Shown piece after piece: positions 11,323-23,534 of a stretch of DNA of 64,000 bases (positions are counted from its first letter, which is position 1; the number at the start of each line of letters is the position of its first letter). The stretch is from Octopus vulgaris (Eukaryota). Under the pieces are notes generated by a model. It was given only the letters and a program-made list of their open reading frames with translations, searched no databases and was not told where the DNA came from. Location of the stretch: the NCBI GenBank assembly GCA_951406725.2, contig OX597823.1, positions 87,544,001 to 87,608,000 of the forward strand, written 5' to 3'. The translations under genes were made by a program, and so were the position numbers.

Positions 11323-12100
11323 TACCGGGTGACCATAAAGTCACGCACTATAGTGCAATATGTTAAATTGCTAACATTCTCTTTCTTTTTATCTCTTTCC
11401 CAAACTGCCGACATTACTCACAAACAAATCCTCATTGGATGGAGGCAGATAATCAACAAGGCGGGGGAAACGTAATTGTGTGGTGTGGTTTGGCACCATC
11501 AAGTAACTGGTCCATTTTATTTTGTAGGCTCTGTGACAGGTGATTCGTATCTGTACATACTGCGCAACAAGATGATGCCTCACCTGCATTCACTTGCAAG
11601 GGGAAATCTGAGGGATCCTCATGGCAAAAGGGTAGATGTTTTCAAGAAACAATTTGATCTCCTGCTATCCAAGGTTCCAGGTGAGATGAATCTATGTCAC
11701 GTCAAGGAACTCAAAGTTTGGTAATGGTACTCTCCTTCACCAAAACCTAATCGCATTAGGTTTCAGCAGGATGGGGCTCCGCCGCACTATGCATTACAGG
11801 TTCGTGATTTTCTGAATTAGCGTTTTCCATGGAGATGGCTCGCACGTCGCGGGCCAATTGAATGGGCAGCACGGCCAGCAGATTTAACTCACGTGGATGT
11901 TTTTGTTCTGGGGCCATATTAAATCCCTTGTGTATCCTGAAAAGATTCTTGACCAAGAACATCTTCTTCAAAGAATTGTTGAAGCGTGTGAACAAGTCAC
12001 CGCCAATGAAGAGCTATTTGAGAGAGCTCAACGCAATTTCAAATTCCATATAAACACTTGTTTAGATCTACATGGCGAACACTATGAATATTTGTAATGG
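11323..12100 (+). pseudogene. rosa-type (DD41D) Tc1/mariner transposase remnant
   Basis: TA-CCGGGTG terminus; VWCG, GPFYFVGSVTGDSYL, FQQDGAPPH...W..RPADLTHVD (41 aa between 2nd and 3rd D), LFWGHIKSLVY, C...HGEHYEYL; stop, frameshifts and a nested insertion. Confidence 0.88.
11592..11759 (+). mobile_element. CR1 3' fragment nested in the transposase
   Basis: Homologous to 10824-10951; encodes NLRDPHGKRVDVFKKQFDLLLSKVP. Confidence 0.8.
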
Positions 12101-12405
12101 ATTACCTACTTCCCTGCTAATAATGCAAGTCCAAAAAGCGTCGCAGTTCGAGCCAGTCTTAACTTATGAGGCAACGGAAATTACCGAAACTGACCTCTGT
12201 ATTAGGACCTTACGATTAGCATTTTTCGGACGATTAAGGTCTCTCCTAGGATATATATTTAAATTCATCTGCGTTGACTACAACATTAGAGCATTTTAGC
12301 ACTTATTTCTAGCAATGTAAGTGTTTTTAACACCCTAGTCACATTTAATGACAATCATAATTCTCCTTTTTTCGGTGAAACATTGCAAACTGCAGTTTCC
12401 ATTAA

Positions 12406-12469
<64 letters not shown>

Positions 12470-12931
12470 CTGTGTGTGTATGTGTGCGTGCGTGTGTCTG
12501 TGTATGTATGTCACAATCCTCTAGTCCCTGAGCTTCGTGAAAAAATTATGATATGTGTGTTAGTTATTTCGCGTTAACAAGAATAATTTCGAAGTTAAAT
12601 TTTGAACAATACTAACCTGTTAATATTGAATTCCGTACACAAACTGCATTTTTGTAGAGTGTGACATGTACAATCACTACCAATCTTTCAACAAAACCTA
12701 CCTCCATATCCACACTTTTGAAGGAATATCAGACAAAAGTTGTTTTACCGTAAAAAATCCCTAGTGTCGTTCAAGAGAATATTTTGGATTTAAATGAATA
12801 GAAACGCAACCCCTTGCTGTAAGTCTGTTCTTGAATGGCCCTATTAAACTAACATTTCTGCGTATTATTTTTGCACTAATTAAAGAATAATGAGTGGAGG
12901 TATAAATTCCCTTTAATATCTATAATGATTG

Positions 12932-13220
12932 AAGCGACGAGCTGCCAGAATCTTTAGCACGCCGGGCACGCTGCTTAGTTGCATTTTATCCGTTCTGAAT
13001 TCAAATTTTGCCGCGGGCGGTCGACTTTGACACTCATCAATTCATCTTTGATAAAACTATGAACCAGCGGATCACTGGGGTGGATATTATTGACTTACCT
13101 CCTCACCCGACATTCCTTAATATTGATTTTTACATATTGGTACAAGACCAACAATTTCGGGCAGGGGGTATGTCGATGACATGAACTCCAGGACTTCATC
13201 TGGTACTTATATTATCGAAT
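12932..13220. mobile_element. two degraded SINE family A fragments, tail to tail
   Basis: AAGCGACGAGCTGCCAGAA head (+), then inverted tail fragment from ~13135. Confidence 0.65.
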
Positions 13221-13604
13221 GGGCCAGAACTCAAAATGCTTTAAGTTTGTTAGAAATTCCTTCATCACAAACATAAATTTATTCCAGTCTCTTACTTGTG
13301 AATGATGCAAAACAATCAGAGTTGGTGTATCTGCGTCATGTGTTTGAATAGTAACAATTGTTTTTAGACTGCAGTAGGCACAATAATTTGTTTAAATAGT
13401 AAAGCATTCATAAGAACTAATTTAATAGTTTAAGTCGTCCACACCTGCTTTTGTGTAAACGTCAAAGCGGTTTCCTGTTACTTATACGATATACGACTCG
13501 AGATCTGTGGGTGGTTCTCATCACTCTTTCAGTTCGTACTTGTAAAGTTGTAAAGACATTGTTAACGTGTTTATATCCATATATGTACGTGGGCACGTAA
13601 TTAC

Positions 13605-13768
13605 ATGTGAGTGTGTGTGTGTGTCTGTGTGTGTGTGCGTATGCAAGTAAATATATATACATGCATATACATACATATATATATATCTTTAAATGTAATA
13701 TAAATAATATATATATTCATTATATGTTTTGTATAAATATATATATATATGTATATATATATATGTAA

Positions 13769-13825
<57 letters not shown>

Positions 13826-14000
13826 GTAAATATATATGTTTGGTATATATGGATACATAGGAGTATACAATATATAAACATTTATTCCTTATATATATAT
13901 CATACATACACACACACACACACATACCTATGTATAAAAGTTCGTGCGTGCAATGTCTGTGCGTGGGTGTGTGTGCGCGTGTGCGCATGTATCAGTGTGT
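13605..14000. repeat. compound (TG)n/(TA)n/(CA)n microsatellites
   Basis: Direct reading. Confidence 0.93.
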
Positions 14001-14267
14001 GTTATTGTTGTGCATAGACATTACTTTCTTTTGAATAGATGAATTTTGTCGGCTTCCCAGAAACACTGCCCCTAGCGGTCAGAAGTAAGGATTTTGCTAT
14101 GTATCCGCATCATTTGATACTCAATGGTTTCTTTAGCAACATTGTTTGGCTTTGTATATTTTTAAATGTTGAAATTCTAAGTGTTTATTTTTATTATTTA
14201 TTATATGTAAATCACTTTTCCTGATAACATGCCGCACATTAGACAAATTTCAATTTTTATTTTCGAC

Positions 14268-14500
14268 ACATGAAGATGCGTGGCCTAGTTGTCAGTGTGT
14301 TTCACTCACGATCAAATGACTGTGGGTTCGATTTCCTGTCCGAGCTGCGTGGAGGCTTGGAGCAAAACACATCATTTCACGTTGCCCCTGTCCACTTTTT
14401 GGAGCGGGGAAGGGGAACTAAAACAACGCAACGTGCATCACGACCAGCGAAGTGTAAGGCCATGTGATAGTGTGGTCGATCACATGACCATGTAATTATC
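14268..14500 (+). mobile_element. SINE family D (old tRNA-derived)
   Basis: A-box TGGCCTAGTTG, B-box GGTTCGATTTCC, GAGCAAAACAC..ATTTCACGTTG core. Confidence 0.7.
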
Positions 14501-14910
14501 ATCACATGCATATTCAGCTTTTATGTTAAAAAAAATTCTCAAAGAATACGATTAGTATTGAATTTTTTAATTCAATTTTGCAGTATTGTTTCATTAAGTA
14601 TAAATATAGACATGACTCAGGCGTATTAAACTGATTTAGCTCAATACTTACATCAAATAAACATTTGTTTTAACTATACATAACCTCTTATTCATTGAGC
14701 AAGTATTTTCGTTGGTAAATCAGATGAAATATGTCTCGTCGATAGAGAGAAGTTTCAGATATTAATTTTAAGCACAAGGCAGTTAATAGTGGGCTGTGAG
14801 CTAGTAGCTCGGTGTCTGTAACTAATGAAATGTAACAAAGAAAAAAAGCAAAAGAGCATGGGTCATACGAAGCGATAACATCATCCATGGCTCAGTGGTA
14901 TTCTTTTCTC

Positions 14911-15187
14911 AAGGCGGCGAGCTGGCAGAAAGGCGGCGAGCTGGCAGATAAGGCGGCGAGCTGGTAGAAACGTTAGCACGCCGGGCGAAATGCGTAGCCG
15001 TATTTCGTCTGCCGTTACACTCTGAGTTCAAATTCCGCCGAGGTCGACTTTGCCTTTCATCCTTTCGGGGGTCGATAAATTAAGTACCAGTTACGCACTG
15101 GGGTCGATGTAATCGACTTAATATCTATGTCTGTCCTTGTTTGTCCCCTCTGTGTTTAGCCCCTTGTGGGTAGTAAAGAAATAGGTA
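14911..15187 (+). mobile_element. SINE family A with triplicated head and TSD
   Basis: AAGGCGGCGAGCTGGCAGA x3; TSD GGTATTCTTTTCYC at 14897-14910 and 15184-15197. Confidence 0.95.
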
Positions 15188-15940
15188 TTCTTTTCCCAAT
15201 AATTGACTCTTGGGAGAATTTCTATCCAGCGACAGCTTTCGCAGTGGATATCTTTTCATTTGAAAGTGCACACGAACGTATTAAATATATTTGTAAATAC
15301 CTGTATTTCTATGATACTTTCTAAGTATTCCTGTAATTAATTAATTTCTTCTCGAAAAGCTGTTCACACAGCAATAAATGATTTGTCTATTAGATATAGA
15401 GACGGCAGTCTTTAGTGAGCTGTGAAAGACAGTTTCGGTTTCTCAGCTGATGAAGCGTAATGACGCAGAAAAATTGCCTTACGGTCCCATGACATAAAGT
15501 TTTGCCCACTGTTAGTCATGTATTGTCTGGAAGCAAAATTTCTCTCCATAGATGGGTTCTCGCAGACGAGGTCTTTCCATATTAGAGTGTACACAACCAT
15601 ATCGGATATAATTGTACACGCCTATATTACAAACATTGCTACTATGGGTGCCTCTAATTGAATTTCCTTTATATTTCCATATATGGTTTATAAGGAAAAG
15701 CGAGGATAAGTGGCTAAGTTCACCATGTAGGCATCGAGGAAGAAGTGATGTGTAACATAACCTTGTATAGCTTCATACATGTTGATGCAGCTGTGGTATG
15801 TAAGCTGTGAGAAAGTGTGGCGTAAGAACGTTTTCTGAAAATAAAATGGCAAACATTGTTATAAAACATATTATCTTCCATATCCCTCAGATTTACGATA
15901 AGGACAACTGCTTGTGAAATACAAAGGCATACATGCTTAC

Positions 15941-16000
15941 CATCTTTCACTAAGCTGGAAGTTAATTTGATCGAGAAGCAAAAAATATCATGGTCGAGAC
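15941..16000 (-). CDS. candidate 60-nt internal exon of an unidentified gene
   Basis: TTTATAG acceptor and G|GTAAGC donor; single open frame GLDHDIFCFSIKLTSSLVKD; followed by a 106-nt intron ending TTTTATTTTCAG at 15835. Confidence 0.4.
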
Positions 16001-16715
16001 CTATAAAGACATAGTCATATTTTTACATGATTTATGTATATAAATTAGTGTTGTTTTATTGTTAGACAAAAACTATGCGGTTACAATTTGTATAATGTCT
16101 CAGATATGTCATTTTCTTTTCTGTGGTTCCTTTTTAAAAATATTTCTGTTATTTTATATACATAATATTATTTTACTGCTAAAAGAAATCACGTCCTCGA
16201 ACTGAATATTCTAAAAAATAATGTTTTGTTTTTCAGTGTTTAAAATATTGAACGGAAAATATTTCATTGGAAACAATACTGAAAAAAAAAAAAAAAACTG
16301 GAAAGAAAAATAACAATCAAATGATAACAACATAAAAAGCAAAAATCAAACATTTGAAAATACAAACAAGAAGAGCAGCAGCACAGCTGACATTGTTCAT
16401 CTGTCTTTGACATCAAACAACAGAGAACTGACTGGTTCGTGCTATCGATTCTTTTTATATTGGCTTCGGTCCAAATTGGATGTTAAATTTTTGACTTGGT
16501 TTAATTGAACCAACTTGCTATTATTTCAACCGGATTCTTGAATAAAAAAAATAAATGATACGGCACAAACAAACAGAAAGAAAATCAAATAACATATACA
16601 CAGTCAAAGTAACAATGTAAAATATATGCACAAATATGTATATATATATATATATATATACGGGTATCGATCGCACTCTCTCTCTCACCAAATACATATA
16701 TATAGATACACATAC

Positions 16716-16766
<51 letters not shown>

Positions 16767-16869
16767 TATATATATATTTGGGTATGTGTATATGAATATA
16801 AGTGTTGTTTGTGTATGTGCGTGCGTGTGTGTGTGTATGTGTGTGTGTTTAGACGTCTATATATCTTCA

Positions 16870-17470
16870 ACCAAGAATACTGGTTTGGTCAGAAGGCCTG
16901 CAAAATGATTTTCTAATGGCGACTTACAAGTCAACTGCAGCGGGAGAAAAAATGCCAACAGAGTGAACTTCAGAAGGTTAGATTTAGTATTTTTGCTATG
17001 GAGGATGAGAGTTGGTAGAGTGTACAGGAATCAAGATGGCATGAGATAAATGAAACAGAAATCAACTGAGCCGAAGCAGTTCAACATCAGTTAGTTCTGA
17101 GAAGTAAATCAACTGTGTGATTGTAACAATGCCAAGATAAAAGATGCAAAATCTGTAAGACAGAGAAAAATGTACATTGGGTAAGTGACATGAGCCTATT
17201 GCCCGAGAGGTTTTTCATTGAAATTGGATAGCAACGGCGTCCCTCGTAGGGAAATATTGCTGCAGGTTTTAAGGGAGTAGGTGTGGTGTGTACACGTTTG
17301 GTTATTTTGGTGGATGTAGGGAATGAAGCTGGTAAATACGCACTCTACATCATTCCAAAGACGACAGGTTTCCCCTGGCTTCAAGTACCTGAATCTTTCA
17401 TATACATGTTCGTTGTGGAAAAGAGGCTGACCAACTGCATTGACCACGATCATTTTCGATCTAACAACTT
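16870..17470 (-). mobile_element. highly degraded LINE ORF2 remnant (EN-RT linker and RT start)
   Basis: RLWNDVECVFTSFIPYI..NN resembles the FW..VK....S.IP.L linker; downstream HP...KSN-like motif. Confidence 0.4.
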
Positions 17471-17667
17471 TATTCTGAATTATGGGTAGAGATGTCTATG
17501 CAAGTGTGTGTCAAAATGTTCAGATGCATGATTATATATATATATATATACGTATGTGTGTGTGTGGGAGTGTATGTGTGTGTATAATATATATATATGT
17601 GACCGCGTGTGTACCGTTGGTGACTTTTTCCTCTGTCTTCCCTTCTCTAGATCTTTCCTTCTCCTAT

Positions 17668-17702
17668 GTTTCCGACGAAGAGCTCCGCTCGAAACGTTAA
17701 AC
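17668..17702 (+). ncRNA. minimal hammerhead motif (U4C) in a ~210-bp TA-flanked element (~17598-17803)
   Basis: GUUU-CCGACGA-A-GAGC(UCC)GCUC-GAAACGUU-AAAC. Confidence 0.7.
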
Positions 17703-17799
17703 CCTCCTTTTTTCCTTCTTTCCTGAGCGTCCAATAATACTATATTTGTTCCACGTCCTCGCGTTGTTGTGGTTTTTTTTGTGCTTTCATGTTTGGATT

Positions 17800-17850
<51 letters not shown>

Positions 17851-17965
17851 ATGTTATAGAATTAATAAAATAAAATAAAATAAAATAAAATAAAATAAAT
17901 TGATTTACTCTGCTATGTATTGAGTACCTTATTTACTGTGGTTAACCCCGACTCAACCCGGGACC

Positions 17966-18006
<41 letters not shown>

Positions 18007-18128
18007 CTGTATTTCTCTCACAATCTTTTTAGGTAGATTAATCAAATATTTTTAATAAATATCTTTAAAATTTAGGCTGGGATTCCGAATTCAATTCCAG
18101 GTAGTGCCTTGAATTAATAATAATAATG

Positions 18129-18171
<43 letters not shown>

Positions 18172-18250
18172 TAATAATAATGATGATGATGATGATAATA
18201 ACATTAAAAAAATACCTTAAGAATGAGAACCCAGAGCTCATTCAAAATTC

Positions 18251-18303
18251 TACCGGGAAACTTGATGATGGCTGGAGAATAAATCAGTCGAAACGTCGTG
18301 GTA
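18251..18303 (+). ncRNA. minimal hammerhead motif (C3U)
   Basis: UACC(GGGAA)AC-UUGAUGA-U-GGCUG(10 nt)CAGUC-GAAACGUC-GUGGUA; downstream of (TAA/TGA)n at 18116-18200. Confidence 0.65.
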
Positions 18304-18844
18304 ACATCAAACAAGATGAGGACCCATATCCGTCCACTGTAAATAATGTAAAAAACTGTATGAGACCCTTGCTATGCTCAGGTAGCATCAATATTGCTCT
18401 GAATCTCAGGAGGGATCGTGTCTTCCGTGACTCGATGAGCGGTCTCTTTGCTCCCAGATGAAAAGCTGATTTATGAAAGAACGTATTTATTCTCTGCACA
18501 TTTTAGTATTACTCCTTGTACACTGCTGATCAAAGCATAAAAACTTTTTCTTTGAGTCATAAATATCTTCTTACTATACTAACGCTGCTCCAGTTGTTTA
18601 CAGATATTTCTTGAGGTTGTAATTACTGAAACTTTAACGTAACCATAAATCCGGAGAATATTTTAGGAGGAATTCTTACAGACATAACTGTAAATTCAGT
18701 CCTCCACGAACATAACATATGTATGTAGTACAGCCAGGAATTATGAGCTCAATATATTTTAATTTGATTTCACAAAGTTTTCCTGTTTTTGAATGCTGAC
18801 ATCTGTAAGTTTTGTTTTCAAGAGTTTTTGTCCAAAACATAAAT

Positions 18845-18915
18845 ACATACGTACATACATACATACATACATACATACATACATACATACATACATACAT
18901 ACATACATACATACA

Positions 18916-18949
<34 letters not shown>

Positions 18950-18950
18950 C
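18845..18950. repeat. (TACA)n microsatellite
   Basis: Direct reading. Confidence 0.97.
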
Positions 18951-19400
18951 ATACCAACAAAAATACAAAATTTCACACACATTCATACGCATTAACACAC
19001 ACATGCACACACAAAAACACACGGTCGAGTGCACGCGCGAACATATATGGAATTTGTGAGTGCCCGTGGTGAAATAGTTACGATATTGCCTGGAAGATCC
19101 TGGTTTCGATTCTCGGATCTGGTGATAGGTTGACGAAAACACTTTATTTCCCATTGCTCACCTTTAGAGCAGACGTGTGGTACATCATACGCATGTAAAA
19201 GAAATGGTAATGTGATGGACAGAGTGAGATAATGTACAGCGCAAACATTTGATGGCAGTGAACGCCATCTTTCTGCGGGTTGTTCAGGAAGAAATTGCAG
19301 AACATATATATATATATATATATATATTGATAGAAATGGTAAGATAAGAATATAATGAAAGAGACCTCGATATTTTGTAAATAGAGGAATTTATCTCTAA

Positions 19401-19622
19401 ATATAATATGTGACAATTATTCAGTAGCCATGATAAGACTCCGAGTTGCGGATGTCGGGGCGGAAACCCACGCCGCCATCTCTTCAGTTATCCGGCCATC
19501 GGAAAATGCTATGAAAATGACCGTTAAACTGAAGAGATGGTGGCGTTGGTTTCCGACCCGACATCGGACATCCGAAACTCGGAGTTTTATCATGGCTAGC
19601 GAATAAGTGTCGCATATTGTAT
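19401..19622. mobile_element. palindromic MITE-like element
   Basis: ~95-100-bp inverted arms (TAGCCATGATAAGACTCCGAGTT...ATCTCTTCAGTT / AACTGAAGAGAT...AACTCGGAGTTTTATCATGGCTA). Confidence 0.85.
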
Positions 19623-20758
19623 ATATATATGTTAATAACATTATATTATAAGCTTAAATCTTATAGAGAACACCGACCAATGACTAAAGGAAATAGTCTA
19701 ATAATAGGGCATATGAGCCCACGACAGAAAAAAGCAGGTTTTGCCGGTGATCGCTCTAAGCTATACGCTTGTAAAATACTATTATTTACATCATCTTAAA
19801 AATCGACACTGCTTAACAAAACCATTCGCAGTAAAAAAAAAAATAGCACATGAAAGCTTCTTTACAAAAATAGCTACGACTTATAGTTCTTAAGTCAGAC
19901 AGAAAAAACGTTGGTAGGTTTGCTAGTGCAATCTGTAGGACACTCGTTCGCGTAAACAAAGGGTAGTGGGATCGAATCGTACAGAAAAACCTATTTTTCT
20001 TCTGTCGAGGTCTCATTTGTCTCATTATTAGACTATTTTCTGTAAGTCATTGCATGGTGATCGCTTTAAGCTTATAAAATACTATTATTTACAGAATTGT
20101 AAATATCGGCATTGCTTAGCAAAATCATTCACAGTAAAATATATATAATAATATGTATGCATGTAAATATATATTTAGGTATGTGTGTATGAATATTTAT
20201 GCATGTATGTGTTTATTCCACATAAAATTTAAAATATTTTGCATAAATATATATTATATGTTTATATATTGACATATATACATATATATGTATATAATAA
20301 GAGTTATAAAACCTAGGATATTCTCGTATAAAGGAAATAAACATGCAGAATATATAATTTAGATTTTAAAAATGTAAAAATCATAGAAAATAATATGACA
20401 AATATGTAATTAAAGCATCAAATAAAAATTGCAATAAATAATATGAAACTCTAAATATTACACTTAGTAATTGAATTAAAATATATTCAGAAATTTACGA
20501 AATAAATAAAGTAATTCTAATTACCTTCCAGTTTTCTACTACGATTTAAATATAACTGTTAATTTTTAATTATTATTACTTCAAGCTAGATACGAGTTTA
20601 TTTAATGTTTTGCAATCTTTAAATATAATTTATTTGTGTACAGGTGCAAAATACGAAATATATCGCCTATTCATATTGGAATATAACAATTTACGCCTGA
20701 GTCTATGCTGTTCCGATTCCTATCTAGATCTATTCAAAAGAGAAAACTATTTTAAATC

Positions 20759-20994
20759 TAGTTATCCCTCGACTATCGCGGTTGTTACGTTCCCAAACTG
20801 ACTTGCGACAAGTGGAAATCGAGCGAAGTTGAAACAGTATTGTATTGTATATATTTTAAAATTATTTCTATAATTTGTATATATTTTATTATAAAATGCA
20901 AAACAACACCACGAAGGAATCGACGAAAGCTTATATAATAAACTGCAATAGGTGAACTGTGATAGGTGAACCACGATATGGTGCGGGATTGCTG
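20759..20994 (+). mobile_element. Tigger/pogo-like MITE
   Basis: ATCCCTCGACTATCGCGG ... CGGGATTGCTG-TA. Confidence 0.8.
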
Positions 20995-21214
20995 TAAATT
21001 AATATAGAACCTGCTAATGTATGTTGTGTGTGTATATCATTATCTCTTTTACTCTTTTACTTGTTTCAGTCATTCGTTAATTTGTTTTGAAATAAGACCA
21101 AGCTATTTGTGTCTGTGAGCTTGTGAGAGTGTGTAAAGTGTGTGCATTCTATGTAACTGCGAAATCATTAAATCTCCATTGCAGATAATTTGCATGATTG
21201 TTTCTTTAACTATT

Positions 21215-21627
21215 ACTCTTTTTCTCTTTTACTTGTTTCAGTCATTTGACTGCGGCCATGCTGGAGCACCGCCTTTAGTCGAGCAACTCGACCCCGGGAC
21301 TTATTCTTTGTAAGCCCAGTACTTATTCTATCGGTCTCTTTTGCCGAACCGCTAGTGAACGGGGACATAAACACACCAGCATCGGTTGTCAAGCAATGCT
21401 AGGGGGACAAACACAGACACACAAACACACACACGCATATATATATATATACATACATATATACAACGGGCTTCTTTCAGTTTCCGTCTACCAAATCCAC
21501 TCACAAGGCTTTGGTCGGCCCGAGTCTATAGTAGAAGACACTTGCCCAAGGTACCACGCAGTGGGACTGAACCTGGAACCATGTGGTTGGTAAACAAGCT
21601 ACTTACCAAACAGCCACTTCTGCGCCT
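21215..21627 (-). mobile_element. SINE family B, full length
   Basis: tRNA-like head GGCGCAG..GTGGCTGT..GGTAAG..GGTTCAGTCCC, CORE-like CCTTGGGCAAGTG, internal (TA)(TG) microsatellite, tail GGTGCTCCAGCATGGCCGCAGTC..GAAACAAGTAAAAGAG. Confidence 0.95.
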
Positions 21628-21749
21628 ATCTGTACATTATATTTGATTATTTGACTTCGACAGCGTGCCATGAGATTTAGGCATATTACTTTAAGTTATA
21701 TCCATGGATGAGCTGAAACATATGTATTAGGCAGTTAATATTTACATAT

Positions 21750-21930
21750 TAAGACGGCGAGCTGGCAGAAAGTTTAGCACACAGAGCAAAAAGCTTAGCA
21801 GTATTTCGTCTGCCGCTACGTTCTGAGTTCAAATTACGCCGAGACCGACTTTGCCTTTCATCCTTTCGGGGTCGATGAAATAAGTACCAGTTATAGACTG
21901 AGTCGATATAATCGACTTAATCCGTTTGTG
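21750..21930 (+). mobile_element. SINE family A monomer
   Basis: Head plus unit. Confidence 0.9.
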
Positions 21931-22322
21931 TTTTCTACTCTAGGCACAAGGTCCGAAATTCTTGGGGAGGGGGCCAGGCGATTAGATCGACCCAGTACAC
22001 AACTGGTACTTAATTTTTCAACCCCGAAAGGATGAAAGGCAAAGTTGACTTCAGCGGAATTCATACTCAGAACGTAAAGACAGGCAAAATATCTATTTCT
22101 TTACTACTCACAAGTGGCTAAACACAGAGAGAACAAGGACAGACAAACGGATTAAGTAGATTATATCGACCCAAGTGCGTAACTGATACTTATTTAATCA
22201 ACCCTGAAAGGATAATAGGCAAAGTTGACGTCGGCGGAATTTGAACTCAGAACGTAACGGCAGACGAAATACGGCTACGCATTTCACCCGGCTTACTAAC
22301 GATTTTGCCAGCTCGCCGCCTT
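21931..22322 (-). mobile_element. SINE family A dimer
   Basis: Head, unit 1 and unit 2 with alternative tail; abuts the previous copy tail to tail. Confidence 0.92.
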
Positions 22323-23534
22323 TCAGTTCTTACTTATTGTAATCAGTTTGTCCACCTTCAATCACGTGGGGTGTTCAAGATTCTCTCATAACACTTAGCC
22401 TTTCATCCCTTCGTATTCGATGAAATAAAGCGTCAAACGGTTACTGGAGTCGATGTAATCGATCTGTCCCCTTCCCTTAAAATTGCCGGCCTTGCACACT
22501 GTAAAGGACTGGGGTTTTATTCAAGTGGAATGTTATGATCTCTGCAACTTAAACTCTACAGAAACCGGGCAACCGGCCTTAGGAATCCTAGGGCTCAAAA
22601 TTAAATTCCTCTCTTAGAAATCAATACATTTCATGCTATGCAGTGATCGGTTACATTGCAGTTTATCGACACTAAAAAAACATTATTTAAAATGGATTTC
22701 CTTTTTTAAAAAATGTTTATGTCATGTAGAACTAAGGAAGCGATAATTTAAAATAATTTCCCATGAGAACATCAAAATATTTATTTGTAGCTCAGCCTAA
22801 CTATAACGAACTTTTGTGTCCCTCAGACCCATTTTATTAGGTTTATAATTTGTTGCAACTTCATATTGATTTGCTCGTATTTTTCTAAATTATTATATCA
22901 TAATTTAAGTGAGACTAGAACGGAAGACGGGATTTTTCCAAAATTTTTTTTATAGCAAATATAGCCATGGAGAATCTAATTAATATCAACCTCAGGGAAA
23001 GAGAAGTAGTATCACTTCCTGCTTTTATCTTCCTAAGGGTTTATTGGACATTTATAAACATTAATTTGAGAAACGTAAAGAAAAAAAAAGAAAAAAGAAA
23101 CAGGATCAGTGTGTGATTTCTTCACATTCAGTGTCTGAGAAGTTTTATTAATATCATCGATATTTCTTCGTGTTTTTGAAATTGTTTAAACCTTGTTCAT
23201 TTGATTTACGTCAATGTAATACACTACTTAATTAATAGATTAGTTTTACAAAATGTGTTTTACCATCAGTTTCACTAAAGCGTTCTTGTTATTGATTAGC
23301 CACAAGTCAGACCTGTTCAAGCATACATATTCAAAGATCAAACGCATTCTAATCAAACACAATCTCGTTTTTCTTTCGGGTTAAGTAAACTATATCTAAA
23401 ACAACGTTATACAATGTTTTCGTTTCTAAGACGGATAGGAGTTTTTGGTAATTTGGCGATAGATTCTCTCTGATCAAATTATTAAGTAACAACTTTCTAA
23501 TTCAATCGACGCTAACAAACATATATATAATATC

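Noticed and set aside
15446-15480. CUGAUGA-A-GCGU(AAUG)ACGC-A-GAAA hammerhead-like core
   Set aside because: Good stem II, but stems I and III could not be closed around a UH site; overlaps the candidate exon region
15773-15775. In-frame TGA read as selenocysteine
   Set aside because: No SECIS or selenoprotein motif recognised; a splice donor or true stop is simpler
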